Shown here: in pieces, positions 31,571-43,392 of the stretch | Position numbering within the stretch: the stretch's first letter is position 1 | Layout of the letters: every line of letters begins with the position of its first letter | NCBI GenBank assembly: GCA_965644315.1 | Contig: CBFFRQ010000019.1 | Location: 248,001-312,000, forward strand | Source: Caecitellus pseudoparvulus | Lineage: Eukaryota > Protista > Bigyra: Bicosoecida | Direction of reading: 5' to 3' | Length of the DNA: 64,000 nucleotides | The notes under the pieces: model-generated | What the model was told of the DNA's origin: nothing | The model's database searches: none | Seen by the model: only the letters and a program-made list of their open reading frames with translations | Translations under genes and position numbers: made by a program

Positions 31571-34500
31571 CTACTGGCCCCAGCGCTTCTGTCCCAAGAT
31601 GAGGGGGTGCTTCAGGCGCTTCAGCCATGATTTGTGCGTGTCCCACGCGGCACTGGAGATCTTGGTGTGCGCCTTCAGGGCGGCCGTCATGCCGTACTCC
31701 CTGGCTGCGGCGCCCATGTCCACAAGGAGGGCTCGCACGGAGCTGCTTACAGCTCCACTTCGCCACAGGCCTTCCAGTTCGTCCACAGCCACGTTGCCGT
31801 CTGCAACCTTACGTGTCTCTGCACCTCGCAGCCCCTGTGCCTCCAGCTGCGTCATGACGTTGCGCAGGGACGCCAGGACTCCGAGGGCCTCCTCGTCCAG
31901 CTCCACGGGCGCAGGGGAGGGAGCTGCCGCGGCAGCCTCCTGCCCACCACCCCAGGAACCAGGCTGCCCTGATGCCGACCCAGGAGACACGTGGTTGTTG
32001 TACTTGGCGGCCAGGACGGGGTTTCCTGCGCTGCTGGGGAAGCCATCCGCGCTCGGCAGCGGCCGAGAGGCATCCCGGGCCATGCCATGCCCCGTGGGAT
32101 TCGGGTACGCTGCTGGCACAGGCTGCGTGACTGGGGCGACAGCTGGCGCTGGTGCGGGGGCAGGTGCCGGCGCAGGCACCGGGGCAGGCGCGGGGGCAGG
32201 CCAGCCTGCCGTGGCTGGGGCCGGTGCCTGCCATGGTTGGGTCACAGCCGGTGCAGGAGCAGGGGCGGGGGCGGGAACTGGTGCGGGGGCAGGCCAGCCT
32301 GCTGCTGCAGGTGCTGGTGCCTGCCATGGTTGGGCCACAGCCGGTGCAGGAGCTGGAGCGGGCACAGGTGCCTGAGCTGGCCAGCCTGATGGTGCTGGTG
32401 CCGGAGTCGGCGCTGGCGCGGGTGCTGGCACAGGAGCTGGTGCTTGGGCCGCGGCAGGCTGCACAGCGGCAAAGGTGAACGGCACCGAAGGGTGCGCCTC
32501 TCCAGAAGTGGAATGGGGAGGCAAGGCGTAGAAGAGGCGGAACTGCAGGGACTGGGCAATGTCCAAGCGCTGGGACATGTCAGGTGCCTGCACCCCAGTT
32601 CCCGTAATGGGCTCGGGTGTGAACACCTCACCCCCCGCAGCACCAGGGGAAATGTAGAAGGAAAAGCGACGCGCCAACGCCAACTGCCCCTGCTCCGCCA
32701 GCAGCGTCACGAACTGCCCGAGCACCCGGGCCTCGGCAGGGCTTTGTGCAGCGGCAGCAGCGTGGCCCTCCGAGCCCCCCGATCGGCGCACCAGTGCCCG
32801 GAAAACCAGTACTTTGGTCACCAAGGCCAAGAGGGCCGCGTGCAGCGCCTCAGGAGGGCTGGAGGCCCACTGGCGCTCGGCCATGCTCACCCACAGCGGC
32901 ACAACCCGTGCGGCATTCAAGGCACACAGGTAGCACAAGGTGGCGTTGGAGGCCTCGGCCTCCGAGCCCTCCGTGCTCAGGCGGTCCCCCAGCGCCTCGC
33001 ACAAGTCCATGAACTCGGACGGCTCTGCGTACTGGTGCAGGGCTGCAAGCACTCGCTTCCACCCGCCGCCCTGGAGCGACGCCGAAGCGACCAAGCCGCC
33101 CAAGTTGCGTGTCAGCACATGCTGCGTCAGGTCAGTGAAGGGAGACGGCAGCTTCTGCCACACGATGTCCTTGGTGGCTACCCACAGGTCGTTGTCTGCG
33201 GAGCCAGCAGCCAGGATGAGTGCCTCGCTGAAGCGCTGCTGTGCCAAAGCTACCCGCACTGCAGAAGCGAAGTCGCCCATAAGAAGCGCTTGGCGCAGCA
33301 GGGTGGCGCCCAAAGCGTCATCCTTGGGAGCAGGCACTGCTGCCAGGCCAACATCGTGCTCTACATCCACGCCCAGTTCCGCTGCCGTAGCCGAGGGGGG
33401 GCTGGGCGGCGCAGCTGCAGCACCTCCTGCGCTTGGCTCAGCTGGAGCAGCTTCAGGGCTCGCGACCGGGCTGGAAGGCCCCGTAGCTGGGAGAGAGGTG
33501 TCTGCGTCGCCCCACCCATCATCGCCGCCGCCACCGACAGAGCCAGCAGGCGAGGCGCCGCTGAACAGGTCTGCAGCACCGGCGGATGTAGGGCCGGAGC
33601 CGCCGAACACAGCGCTTGCATCGGCTGGCGCGCCGCCACCGAACAGACCTTGGGCGTCGGGTGCAGGTGCGGGCGCTGGAACTGGAGCTGCAGCAGGTGC
33701 GGGTGTGGGCGCTGGGGCTGGGGCAGGCGCCTGTGCTGCGTCGGGAGCCCCGTCGCCGCTACCCTGCCCTTCAGTTGGCACGTCGTCCACACCAGGCAAT
33801 TTCACGCCTGCGGCATACTTTGCTGCTGCAGATGCGACAGCCTCGGCATCCAGACCCAAGTGGGACAGAACAGCCGCCCGCGCTGTGTCCGGCTGCAGCA
33901 GGGCAGACATGATCTTCCACTCTGCGTCGCCAGCCTCAGCTTGCTGGGCGGCGAAGGATGCCAGCTCATTGGGGTCCTCAGACGACAGCACGCGATCCAG
34001 GCTCATGGCCGTCGCCACCATGCTGCCGTCGCTCGCTCCAGCCGTGGCGAGGGTGTGAACCTTGACCACTGCGCCAGGCTTGGCACGGGGAGCACCAGTC
34101 GCGTCCGTGGCGCCCAGCTTCTTCAGTGTCACGGCACCATCGCCAAACACAGCAACCTTCCCTCCAAAGCCAAAGGCAACACCAGCGCCACGGCGGAGCC
34201 AGGTGGGCGCCTTCGCCAGGCCTGGCGGGGGAGGGGGCGGCTGGCCTGCTGCGGTAGCAGCCGCGGCGGCAGCGGCGGCAGCGCTACCGGGAGCAGATGC
34301 AGCCTTGTAAGCCGCGGAAGCGGGTGTGGCCTGCATGTTCATCACGTGCACCACGCGGTCGAAGGAGGCTGTGACGAGCATGCCGGGCGAAACTGGCGAC
34401 CACTTGGCTGTGAACCTGCGCCCGGCCATGGACCCTGCACCACCAGAGGCATCTGGCACGCTGCTTCCACCCATGCCACCAAACACAGCCCCTGCGCTGG

Positions 34501-35714
34501 CCGGAGCAGTGCCAACACCTCCAAAAGGGGAGGGGTTGCTGCTGACCCCGCCGAAGGGGGAGGGGTTGGAAGACACGCCGCCAAAAGGAGACGCGCTGGC
34601 GGCCCCCGACGCAGCTGACGGAGTTGATTCTTCTGGGCCATTGGGCAGCTCGGCCACCGCTTGCCCCAGGGAGATGTCCCAAAGAAGGGTCTTGTTGTCT
34701 TTCCCGGTGGTGATGATGTAGTTGGGGTCGTGAGGACACCAGTCCACGCTGAGGATGCCGCGGTTGTGGCCGCGGAACTCCACCAGGGGCGCTGAAGTGT
34801 TGGCGCGCAGGTCCCACACCTTCAGCACGGGGCGGGCATCGTCTTCAGTGGCGGTGACAATGTACACACCTTCTGTGGGATGCCACGCCACTGACGAGAT
34901 GGGGTTGCGCTGCGGGTCCCGGAGCTGGGCCCAGGGGCGCTCCTCCTTCAAGTTCCACACCACAGCCGTGCCGCTTGCGTCGGCAGAGGCGAGGATGTGC
35001 GCGACACTTGGGTTCCAGGCCACAGATGTGATTTCTGCAGTGCCCTGACTGCCGCCTGATGCACCGGGGGTGGCAACGCTAGGAGCATCAGGGCGCTGCA
35101 GGTTCACGATGCTGACACCGCCGTCACTGCACATGGAGCAGGGGCAAGGTGTGAGGTGGGCTGTGCAGTGCTGTCGCTGGGCTGCCTCTCTACTGGCACG
35201 CACCTTGACCCAGCGGCAAACAAGTGCGTGCTGCCGGGGTTGCCATTGAAGTGCACGCTCTTGATCGCGCCCGTGTGCTGCTTCACAGTGGCAACACTGG
35301 TGCCTTCTGTACGCTGGATGATCTTGCTCGGGTCAAAAATCTCCACGACACCGTCTGACAGGCCGCCCGCAATGAGCCCGTATGAGCGCCCAGCGGAAGC
35401 ACCAGCACGACCCCATGCCAGGGACGAAAAGCGGGCCCTGAAAAGCATGGCGAAGCAGCACAGCATGATGAGCCAGCAAGCGTGCACGTTCTACTGCCTC
35501 CAAGCACGCACGAAGTCTTGATACTGCCCATCTTCCGGCAGGCAAGGTCGCTGCTGCCGGCATCAAAGCTGTGCAGGGTGAGGGTCCCGCCGTAGTCGTC
35601 AAACCCGCCGCCGCCGCCTTCCATCGTCCCCGTGGCCACTGCGTTGGGCATCATCTTCAGGGGACTCCATGCCACTGTGGAGCTTTCCTCCACAATGGCT
35701 TTCACGACTGCCAT
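31571..35714 (-). CDS. SEC31: COPII coat protein Sec31; two 5' introns
   Basis: N-terminal WD40 ('VAWSP', 'RFSSLAWG', 'QHTGAIKSVHFN', 'GHNRGILSVDWCPHD'), 'KAPTWLRRGAGVAFGFGGK', an ACE1 region, a Pro-rich linker and a C-terminal helical domain. Confidence 0.92.
32140..32460 (-). repeat. Imperfect tandem coding repeats (PAPAPA / AVxQPWQAPAPAxAGWPA) in the Sec31 Pro-rich linker
   Basis: Two near-identical ~75-bp units containing 'gcctgccatggttggg(t/c)cacagccggtgcaggagc', embedded in AP dipeptide repeats. Confidence 0.7.
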
Positions 35715-36122
35715 CGTGAAAGGGAGGGACGTGCCTCACAGTGCCACCTGGCACTGACGCTGCTGGTGAAACGGCAGACAGCCAACCTCTCGAACCACAC
35801 AGAGAGCCCCACGCGGAAGCGGGCCGGCGGTTAAGGATTGAGAGTTGAAAAGTGTGCGCGTGGACGCTTGTCGTCCAGGGTGAATGAGGTGCCTGGCCCC
35901 TCCCCAAGTGCAATGTTGCCCCCCTGCAGCTGGACAGCTCAGCGTTTCACTCCTCGCCCCTGTGCCAGCAGCACCTACAGCCGCCGGGACGTCAGGCAAT
36001 TTCCGGTGGTACCAGGAACTTACAAGACACCAGAGGTTGTGTCTTTCGTGCAGATGCCCACTCTCCTCCGCGGGAAACCTCGCTACACCTCAGTTACCAA
36101 GCTCTCAGGCTGAGGTGCAGAC

Positions 36123-37908
36123 ATGGGCAAATCCCGCACCCAAAAGCGCCGAGAGCAGCGCAAGGCGAAGAAAGCAGCCCAGCAGCAGGGGGGCGCGGAT
36201 GCGAAGGTGTGTCAGTGTTCCCTGCCCCTTCTGCAGCGCAACTTCCGACAATGCCGAGGCCATGGTCTCATTTTGCCCTCCCATCCCTGCACAGCAAGAG
36301 CGCGGAACTGAGGCTCAGCAGCCAAGCACTGCTGTGCAGGCGGATGCGCTCGGACTGGATGTGAAGTACGTCAGTAGTGGGACTGCTGAGGAGATTCAGG
36401 GGACGGAGTTCGCCGCCCTCTCCGACGTGTTGAGCAAGTTCGCGTCGCCTGAAGAGCTCACTGGCTCTGCACAGCCAGCAGATGGCTCGGCGGCTGACGG
36501 CGGGAAAGGCCCCGTGGAGGACGGAACGCAAAGCTCTCACATGGAGGACCCAGAGCAAGACTCCGATGCAGGGGGCGAAGAGGACGACCTGTCTGCCCTC
36601 TCCAACCGCAAGCGCAAGCAGCTCCTGCGCATGTCTGTAGCGGAGCTGAAAGCGTACGTGGACCACCCACACGTGGTGGAAGCGCACGATGTGACATCGC
36701 ACGAGCCCAAGCTGCTCGTGGCCCTCAAAGCGGCTCGGAACACTGTACCAGTCCCGCAGCACTGGAGCCAGAAGCGCAAGTACCTGCAGGGCAAGCGCGG
36801 CTTCGACAAGAGCCCCTACGAGCTGCCTGCCCATATTGCTGCGACCGGCATCGGCATCATTCGAGATGCTTCCCTGGAGAAAGATGCAGGAAAGAGCTTG
36901 AAGCAGCGCATGCGTGAGCGTGTGCGCCCCAAGCGTGGGCAGATGGAGATCGAGTATGAGAAGTTGTACGATGCCTTTTTCCGCCACGCAGTGGCCCCGC
37001 GCACGACAACGTTCGGGGACATGTACTACGAGAACAAGGAAATGGAACACAAGTACTCAGACAAGCGCCCTGGTGTCATGTCGGATCGCCTGCGGGAGGC
37101 CCTAGGCATCAGTGGGGACACCACACCCCCCCCCTGGCTCATCAACATGCAACGATTTGGCCCGCCACCCTCGTACACAAACCTTTCTGTACCGGGCCTC
37201 AATGCGCCACTGCCGGAGGGGTGCTCGTATGGCTTCCAGCCGGGCGGGTGGGGCAAGCCCCCTGTCAACGCTGCCGGCGAAGCGCTGTATGGGGACCCCT
37301 TTGGCCTGCAAGCGAGCGAGGGGGGTGAGGGGGAGGCGCAAACCTCCACTGCAATCACTGGCAGCGGGCAGCTGCCTGTGCAGAAGGAGGCTTGGGGTGG
37401 TCTGCAGGAGGTGGAGTCTGAGAGCGAGGAGGAGGAGGAGGAGGAGGGGGAGGGGGAGGAGGGTGGCGATGCCGAGCAGAACGTACCCGAGGGCGTTCCT
37501 GGCATCGGCCAGGGCCAGGCTGGGGCCGATGATGATAGCAGCACTGTCTTGGATGGAACTGTGACGCCTGCGATGGTGCAGCTACGAAAGGATGGACCGA
37601 AGCCGGCAACAGCCTACACTGTGCTGCAAGCCAAACAGGCCAGTTTCGGTGACGGCATTGTGGGCGCCTCCCACACGTACGAAATCCCGCCAGATGCAAC
37701 CCCCGTGAACTTGAGCAAGGGGGGCGGGCTCGCTGATACTACCTTGCCGACAGGGGCAGCTTCAGTTGGTGGCTTGGCCTCTGCCTCCACTGCGGGTGGC
37801 ACAGCATCAGTTTCGCGGGGCACGAAGCGCAGCCGGTTCAGCTCCGGCGTAGAAACTGAGGACGTCGAAACAGCGACAGCCAAGAAGTACAAAGACTTCA
37901 AGTTCTAG
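36123..37908 (+). CDS. SF3B2: Splicing factor 3B subunit 2 (SAP145/Cus1); intron ~36207-36294
   Basis: 'RMSVAELK', 'RNTVPVPQHWSQKRKYLQGKRG', PSP domain 'PPPWLINMQRFGPPPSY', 'GFQPGGWGKPPV', C-terminal 'KKYKDFKF'. Confidence 0.95.
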
Positions 37909-37959
37909 CTCTGCAGTGCGAATGCATTTGGCTGTGCCTGCAGCGCCCACCGCCCAGCC

Positions 37960-40242
37960 TCATGCGTCTCCGTACCCTGTCTCAGGAGCATCCCAAGCCG
38001 CCAACTCTCGCGCCTCCCGTGCACTCCGTGCAGTTCCAGCACCAGACCTGTCAGCGCCGCCCCCCTCTTCAAGGGGGTCTGGCGGCAGCACTCGGCGCAT
38101 GTCAGCGACACCGCGGAAAAAGGCGTGGCTGGGCGGCTCCCCAGCCAGATCAGGCCAAAAGCTGGGCCAGGCCTTGTGTGGAGCCCACCAGCCCAAGAGG
38201 TCCCGAGATGCGAGGGGGTCATGCGGCAGGCCGTCCACTGGGCCACCGTCGTCAAATGCTGCAGCCAGCATGCCAAGCCGCTCCTGGCAGGCTTCCGCGC
38301 TGGCAGCATCGGCAACCAGGCAAGCCTCGCCCGGCGCAAAGGTGAGAGTTGTCAGGGTGTGGCTGGGTGTGGGCTGCAGAGTGCTGTGAGGCGGTGGGGG
38401 TGGGAGTGAGGGTGCTGTGCAGTGAGGCGGTGGGGGTGGCTGCAGCAGGGCCAGAGTCCTGTGCAGAGTCTGCACGTCCAAAGCTTCGTGCAATGGCTGG
38501 TCTTGTGTCGGGGGTGTGGGCAGCCTGGGCAGGGCATGCACGGGCCCGGCGTCGCCTTCATCCATGCCTGGAAGCAGGGCTTCGTCGGTCAAGCTCACAC
38601 TTTGCGTTTGCAGTGCAGGGTCTGATGCTGGGGTGGCGCGAGGCGGCATGGCAGCGCCCTGCGTCAATGCAGTCAGAATGCGCTGCCGGCGCTCGTTCCA
38701 CACTTGTGCAAAGTTACGAGAAATGCAGTTCAGCCCAAAGTCAGAGGCAAAGGCAGCTGTCATGGACACCGGCACCGCGATCCCCGCCTCGCGAGCAGCT
38801 GCCAAAGTGGCAGTGTCCACTCTGCTGTCACCCGCAAATGCCTCTGCAGCTGCCTTGCGCATGCGCCTGTGCGCTGTGCGAATGGAGTGTGACGGCGGCA
38901 GCACGGCAGCGCCGTACGTCGCTGCGGCATCGAAGGCCACGGCTGTACTGGCTGCTGCAGAGGCCTGTCCCATGGCAAGCTGCCGACGCATGAGGCGCAG
39001 CAACTGCCCCGCCCGCTTGGCAGCTGCTCTGCTCCGCACCACGCTATCCCGCGAATCTGGCAAGGTGACGTGTGCTTGCATCAGCGCGTGCAGGGTGTGT
39101 GCAGTGGGGGACGGCATGTGGCTGGGCCGTGTGCTGGGCATAGCTGGCCCTGGGGAGCTCTGTGCTGTCTCTGCAACAGGCTTGGCGGTGCGGCTGCTCC
39201 TTTCACGGCCAGGCGCCGCTGGCGTGCTGGGCATGCCTGCCTCTGCAGCCAACAGCGCTTGAGCGGTGCCCACCAGTCCCAGCCGTGCATCACGCCCGCC
39301 CTGCTCACCCAGCACTGTCACCAAGCACTCCCCTGCCGGGAACTCTGCCATCCACGCGGATGTGGCATGGGGCAACTGGCGCCCCAACCATGCAGCCGTC
39401 GCAGCGATGGCTCCCGCCGTCTCCTCCTCGTCCCCCTCTGGTACCAGGACCAAGACGTGGTCTGATGGGGGCAGAGGGGCACTGCGCCCCCGTCGCCGGG
39501 GCCGGGTGGGCACTGGGTTGCTGGTCAGAGACAGCGCGCCGTGCACTGCCACGGCAGCTGCGATGTGCTGAGCCCACCGCACATCACTCGCCAGGGACGC
39601 TATGGCGGTGTGCATGTGGCATGGAGTATCCTGCGCCACACTGGCTGCTGCCAGGAGTAATCTGCGCAGCTCTGGCGTTTGCCTGCTGCGCAGCAAGTAC
39701 GAGGCAAATGCCCAGTGAGGCAGGCCAGCAGCCAGCACTGCTGGGTGGGGCACACTCGTGGAGGCGTGCAGGACTGCAGTGAGCAGGGCATCAAAGATCA
39801 CCCCTTGCTGACCTTGCACCCGGTGCACCACGCCTGATGGTCCGCGTGGTGCCTGGGTCAGTGGTGCCTTGTGCTGGAAGGCTGGCCCGGCCAGCAAGCG
39901 AGTCAGGTCACTGCCTTGAATGGTGCAGTCCTGCACTGTCGCGGGAGCAGGCTTAGTCATGAAGCCATCCTCGACAGACATGTCCCCACTGTCGCCACCT
40001 CTCTGTCTGTGCTTGTGGATGACGTTGGCAACGAAGGGAGGCTGGTCGCTGGCACTTGGCCGGCCGCCAGGATGGCCCGGCAAGGCCCACAGCGCTTCAT
40101 CCGGTGGCAGCGATGGGAGTACCAGGGCTGCTGGACGGCAGTGGCGAATGAGGTCCACCACCCCCGAGCATGCCTGTCGCCCAGTAAGCTGTGTGCCGGC
40201 GACTGTGAGCCGGGCCGCTGGGTTCAGAACTCGGCCAGCCAT
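37960..40242 (-). CDS. Hypothetical protein, N-terminus weakly TraB/PrgY-domain-like
   Basis: ~760-aa ORF. 'LTVAGTQLTGRQACSGVVDLIRHCRPAALVL' echoes the TraB N-terminal pattern (VxLVGTAH...V..VI...PDxVxVE) without the polar ligands. Confidence 0.5.
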   Translation of the reverse strand: MAGRVLNPAARLTVAGTQLTGRQACSGVVDLIRHCRPAALVLPSLPPDEALWALPGHPGGRPSASDQPPFVANVIHKHRQRGGDSGDMSVEDGFMTKPAPATVQDCTIQGSDLTRLLAGPAFQHKAPLTQAPRGPSGVVHRVQGQQGVIFDALLTAVLHASTSVPHPAVLAAGLPHWAFASYLLRSRQTPELRRLLLAAASVAQDTPCHMHTAIASLASDVRWAQHIAAAVAVHGALSLTSNPVPTRPRRRGRSAPLPPSDHVLVLVPEGDEEETAGAIAATAAWLGRQLPHATSAWMAEFPAGECLVTVLGEQGGRDARLGLVGTAQALLAAEAGMPSTPAAPGRERSSRTAKPVAETAQSSPGPAMPSTRPSHMPSPTAHTLHALMQAHVTLPDSRDSVVRSRAAAKRAGQLLRLMRRQLAMGQASAAASTAVAFDAAATYGAAVLPPSHSIRTAHRRMRKAAAEAFAGDSRVDTATLAAAREAGIAVPVSMTAAFASDFGLNCISRNFAQVWNERRQRILTALTQGAAMPPRATPASDPALQTQSVSLTDEALLPGMDEGDAGPVHALPRLPTPPTQDQPLHEALDVQTLHRTLALLQPPPPPHCTAPSLPPPPPHSTLQPTPSHTLTTLTFAPGEACLVADAASAEACQERLGMLAAAFDDGGPVDGLPHDPLASRDLLGWWAPHKAWPSFWPDLAGEPPSHAFFRGVADMRRVLPPDPLEEGGGADRSGAGTARSAREARELAAWDAPETGYGDA

Positions 40243-40931
40243 GTGGAACTGGCGCAATCCTGCAGAACAAACGATCCCTCCAGGTAATTACTCGCGGAGA
40301 CCGTGCGATTATACAGCCCTGGTAGCTGTGTGTGCTTTGACTTGCCAATGGGGGCGCCCTGTGCGAGGCGTGGCCTGCTGTGTGGATTGGCTCTGTGTAG
40401 CAATTACCGCAGCAGCCACGGCACAAGTCCTCGGCACGTCACAGGGAGCAAGCACAGGACACGCTGTGTGGTTCGGGTGTCAGCCTTCTGCTTGCTCTGT
40501 TCTGTGTGTCCTTGTGGTGGCAATATTGTCATTTGGTCCCGGAATGGGCAGGAAAGTGAGAATCACTGAGGATGAGAGAGCCACAAGAAAATGACAAGTA
40601 CGTTTGGCTTACGTAAAAATCAAAATATTAGCTACCGGAGACGCTTGCACCCTATCCACCCCACTCTTGACGACTCACAGTTGCTCACGAACACAAGACA
40701 CTGAAGATTGTCTGAATGGACCGAGTCTGATCAGCCCAGCTACCCAGAATTCACCCGCACGGTCAGCTCGTGTGGTGGCAACAATTTCTCACGCTTGGCA
40801 GACAGTGACATTGCCAGGCTTCAGCCAAACCTGTCTTGTGCCGAAGGGACCCTGCAAATCACGTGCTGCTGCGAGTCAGCGTGTGGCGGTGTGCCTTTTG
40901 CGCCTGTGGCAGCCCAAGAGGCCACCCTGTG

Positions 40932-43266
40932 GCATGCAGTCACCACTGGCGGCGCCAGGCCGCAGCACGCCCCGCACTGCAGGCACCTTCGCCAACGCCA
41001 GCTCGCCCAGGCGAACACCAACGAAACTAGGCCGCCTGACACTGAAGCAGACGACGTCACTGGGGTCACCCACTTCGTTTGGGCACCCAAGCGTGCGGCC
41101 GTTGCAAGGGCGCCCCAGCAGTCCCCAGCGCAGCCAGTCGCTGCGACGTTTGCAGCCAGCACCAGTTGAGGCAGTGCCAGCCTCCGAAGCTGGGAGTGCT
41201 CGTGCACAGTTGCGAAGGGCTGCAGTGGTGCTGCGGGAAGCAACGAAAACGTACGTCGTCAAGGCAGACTTCAAGGCTGTGCTGCCTCAGGAGCTGTCTG
41301 TGCGAGCAGGAGACCGAGTGAGGGTGGCAGGTGAGAGTGGCAGCTTCCATGCCACACCGTACAACATGCTGCTGCAGCGCCCCCACACTCCCTCGCAGTG
41401 GTCGACCCCGATGCCCATGCCTCTGGCTGGGTCATGGTGTATGCGACAAGCGAGCCTGACCGGACGTTGTTGACGGCCAAGTGTGAGGCGCTGATGGGCG
41501 TGCTGGCCAGCGTGGAGGAGGAAGATGTGGAGGCCAGCGCTGAAGCTGGGGAGGAGTTGCAGGACATCCCGCTCGTGGACAGTGTGGGGGAGGCGTGGGG
41601 TGTGGGGGGGGGCTTGGAAGGCCTCTTCGCGCGTGTGGCTGAGCACGCCGGCGACACGCCTCACCGGGTGGGGTATGTGCCCATCTCGTACCTGGAGCGA
41701 GACCCAGCGACAGGCCCAGAGTTGCTGCGTGGACTCGTGGCGGCACTGGGGACAGATGTTGACAGTGCCAGTGTATCGTCACCGGCATCTCCACAGCGTG
41801 GGGGCGCTGCGACTGCCGACGGCATTCAGCTTGCGGCCCTGCGCACTGGGGAGTTCATGGACATGTTCAAGCAGCCAGGGCGAGGTCCAGCGGGGCAGCA
41901 GTACACTGCATTCCTCTCACATGCGACCGGCGACGTCGTGCTGGCTGGCAAGTATGACGTCACCCACATGGGCAAGGATGGCCGCGTGCTGTGGCGCCGA
42001 CCCACGGCCCTCTTAACGTCAGCGGGCCGGGGGGGCGAGCAGCCCCCCACCACCCCCAAGTCAACGACTTCTGCTCGAGGTGAGTCCATCGTGCTGAGCC
42101 TGAGCCCGGCACCAAGAAGGCAGGGGCCAGGCGGCGCCCACGTGCCAAGCAGCGCTCCCTCGCCGCCTGCCTCGTCCGGTCTGCGCATCGTGCGGTCAAA
42201 GGTGGTGGCCGTGCCCAAGCACGCGTCAGGCAGCGCGGGTGTGGGGGCCGGCTTGACGTGAGGCGCGTGAGGAAGCGAAGCGGCGAAGCCGCCCGCTCCA
42301 GCACGCTACACGCCCCTCGCCACGCTTTGTGCCACAGGTCGGAGGTCTCTAGTGAAGCGGCTGCTTGTGCGGGAGAGGGCCGTGCCAGTGTCACCCCCCA
42401 CAGTGCCCATGTCAAGCCTGAGCACGTCGGGTAGTGTCGGAGCGCCTGCGAGACAGAGCCCCCACACCTTGCACAGGCAGCAATGGCAGCAGGGTCCCTT
42501 GCTGCTGCGCCCTTCACCGTTGCTGGGGGATGACTGCAGCGGACTGGGGCACGGTGGGGCTTGGGCAGCTGAACAGATGTGTGCCAGCTCTATGGCTGAG
42601 AGTGATCGACGGCAGTGGGTGTCGGAGTGGCACAGGGAAGCCGCGCTTCAGGCCCAGAGCGCTGCCGCCAGAGAGACCAAGGACAGCGCAAGCGAGGCGG
42701 GCGAGGCTGGACACAGTGCACCCGAGGTGGGCGAGGCTGGACACCGTGCACCCGAGGTGGGTGAGGCTGGGCACAGTGCGCCTGATGCGGATGAGACTGA
42801 GATGGAGGCAGTTGTGCGGTCTGTGTCGGGGACGCCGCTTGTGGACAGCGACGGGCAGGCTGCAGGCAGCGATGTGGAGCGTGGCTCGGCCCAGTCCGAG
42901 CCCGGGCGTGAGTGGAGCGGGGCAGAATCCGGGAGCAGTCTCCTGGACGCCCCGGACGCGTATGCAGAGCACGTAAGCGGAGTGCTGGCTACCATGCGAG
43001 AGCGCTTGCGAGGTGGTGAGGAGGTGGATGTGGGCGCCAGCGACCTGTCTCTTGCTGCGGAGGGCGTGTTCCCAGCGACGCCAGTGCGGACGCCGTCGAG
43101 GCCTGCATCATCAGGGGTGGATGTGGAGGCGTTCTTGGCGTGGTCAAGGGGGCAAAGCAGTCGGCGCGGCTTGGATGTGGGGCGAGTGCGGGCTGCAGTG
43201 TCGGAGGGACTCGCAGCCAGCAAGGAAGCTGAGGCGCGATCTGGCAGACTGCTGGGTGGACTGTAG
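40932..43266 (+). CDS. SH3-domain protein with a PH-like segment and disordered C-terminus; introns ~41331-41398 and probably ~42239-42337
   Basis: 'YVVKADFKAVLPQELSVRAGDRVRV...SGWVMV...VGYVPISYLE' are SH3 motifs. The downstream ORF 42352-43266 can be joined in frame by a GT-AG intron. Confidence 0.6.
42693..42783 (+). repeat. 30-bp coding tandem repeat x3 (E[A/V]GEAGH[S/R]AP)
   Basis: gaggcgggcgaggctggacacagtgcaccc / gaggtgggcgaggctggacaccgtgcaccc / gaggtgggtgaggctgggcacagtgcgcct. Confidence 0.85.
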
Positions 43267-43392
43267 AGGTCCCATGTACAAGTACACCACGCTATGTACG
43301 AGCTAGGTACAATGAATGGCTTGTGCTGCGGTGCAGAGCGTGTTGCTTGGCGAGAGGAAGGGGCCTGAATTAAGAATGTGCACGTCTCAGCG

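Noticed and set aside
32444-34618. 724-aa + strand ORF opposite SEC31
   Set aside because: Low-complexity antisense frame with no recognisable domain.
42693-42783. 30-bp repeats considered as a CRISPR-like array
   Set aside because: Head-to-tail with no spacers, in frame within a eukaryotic CDS, and no cas genes.
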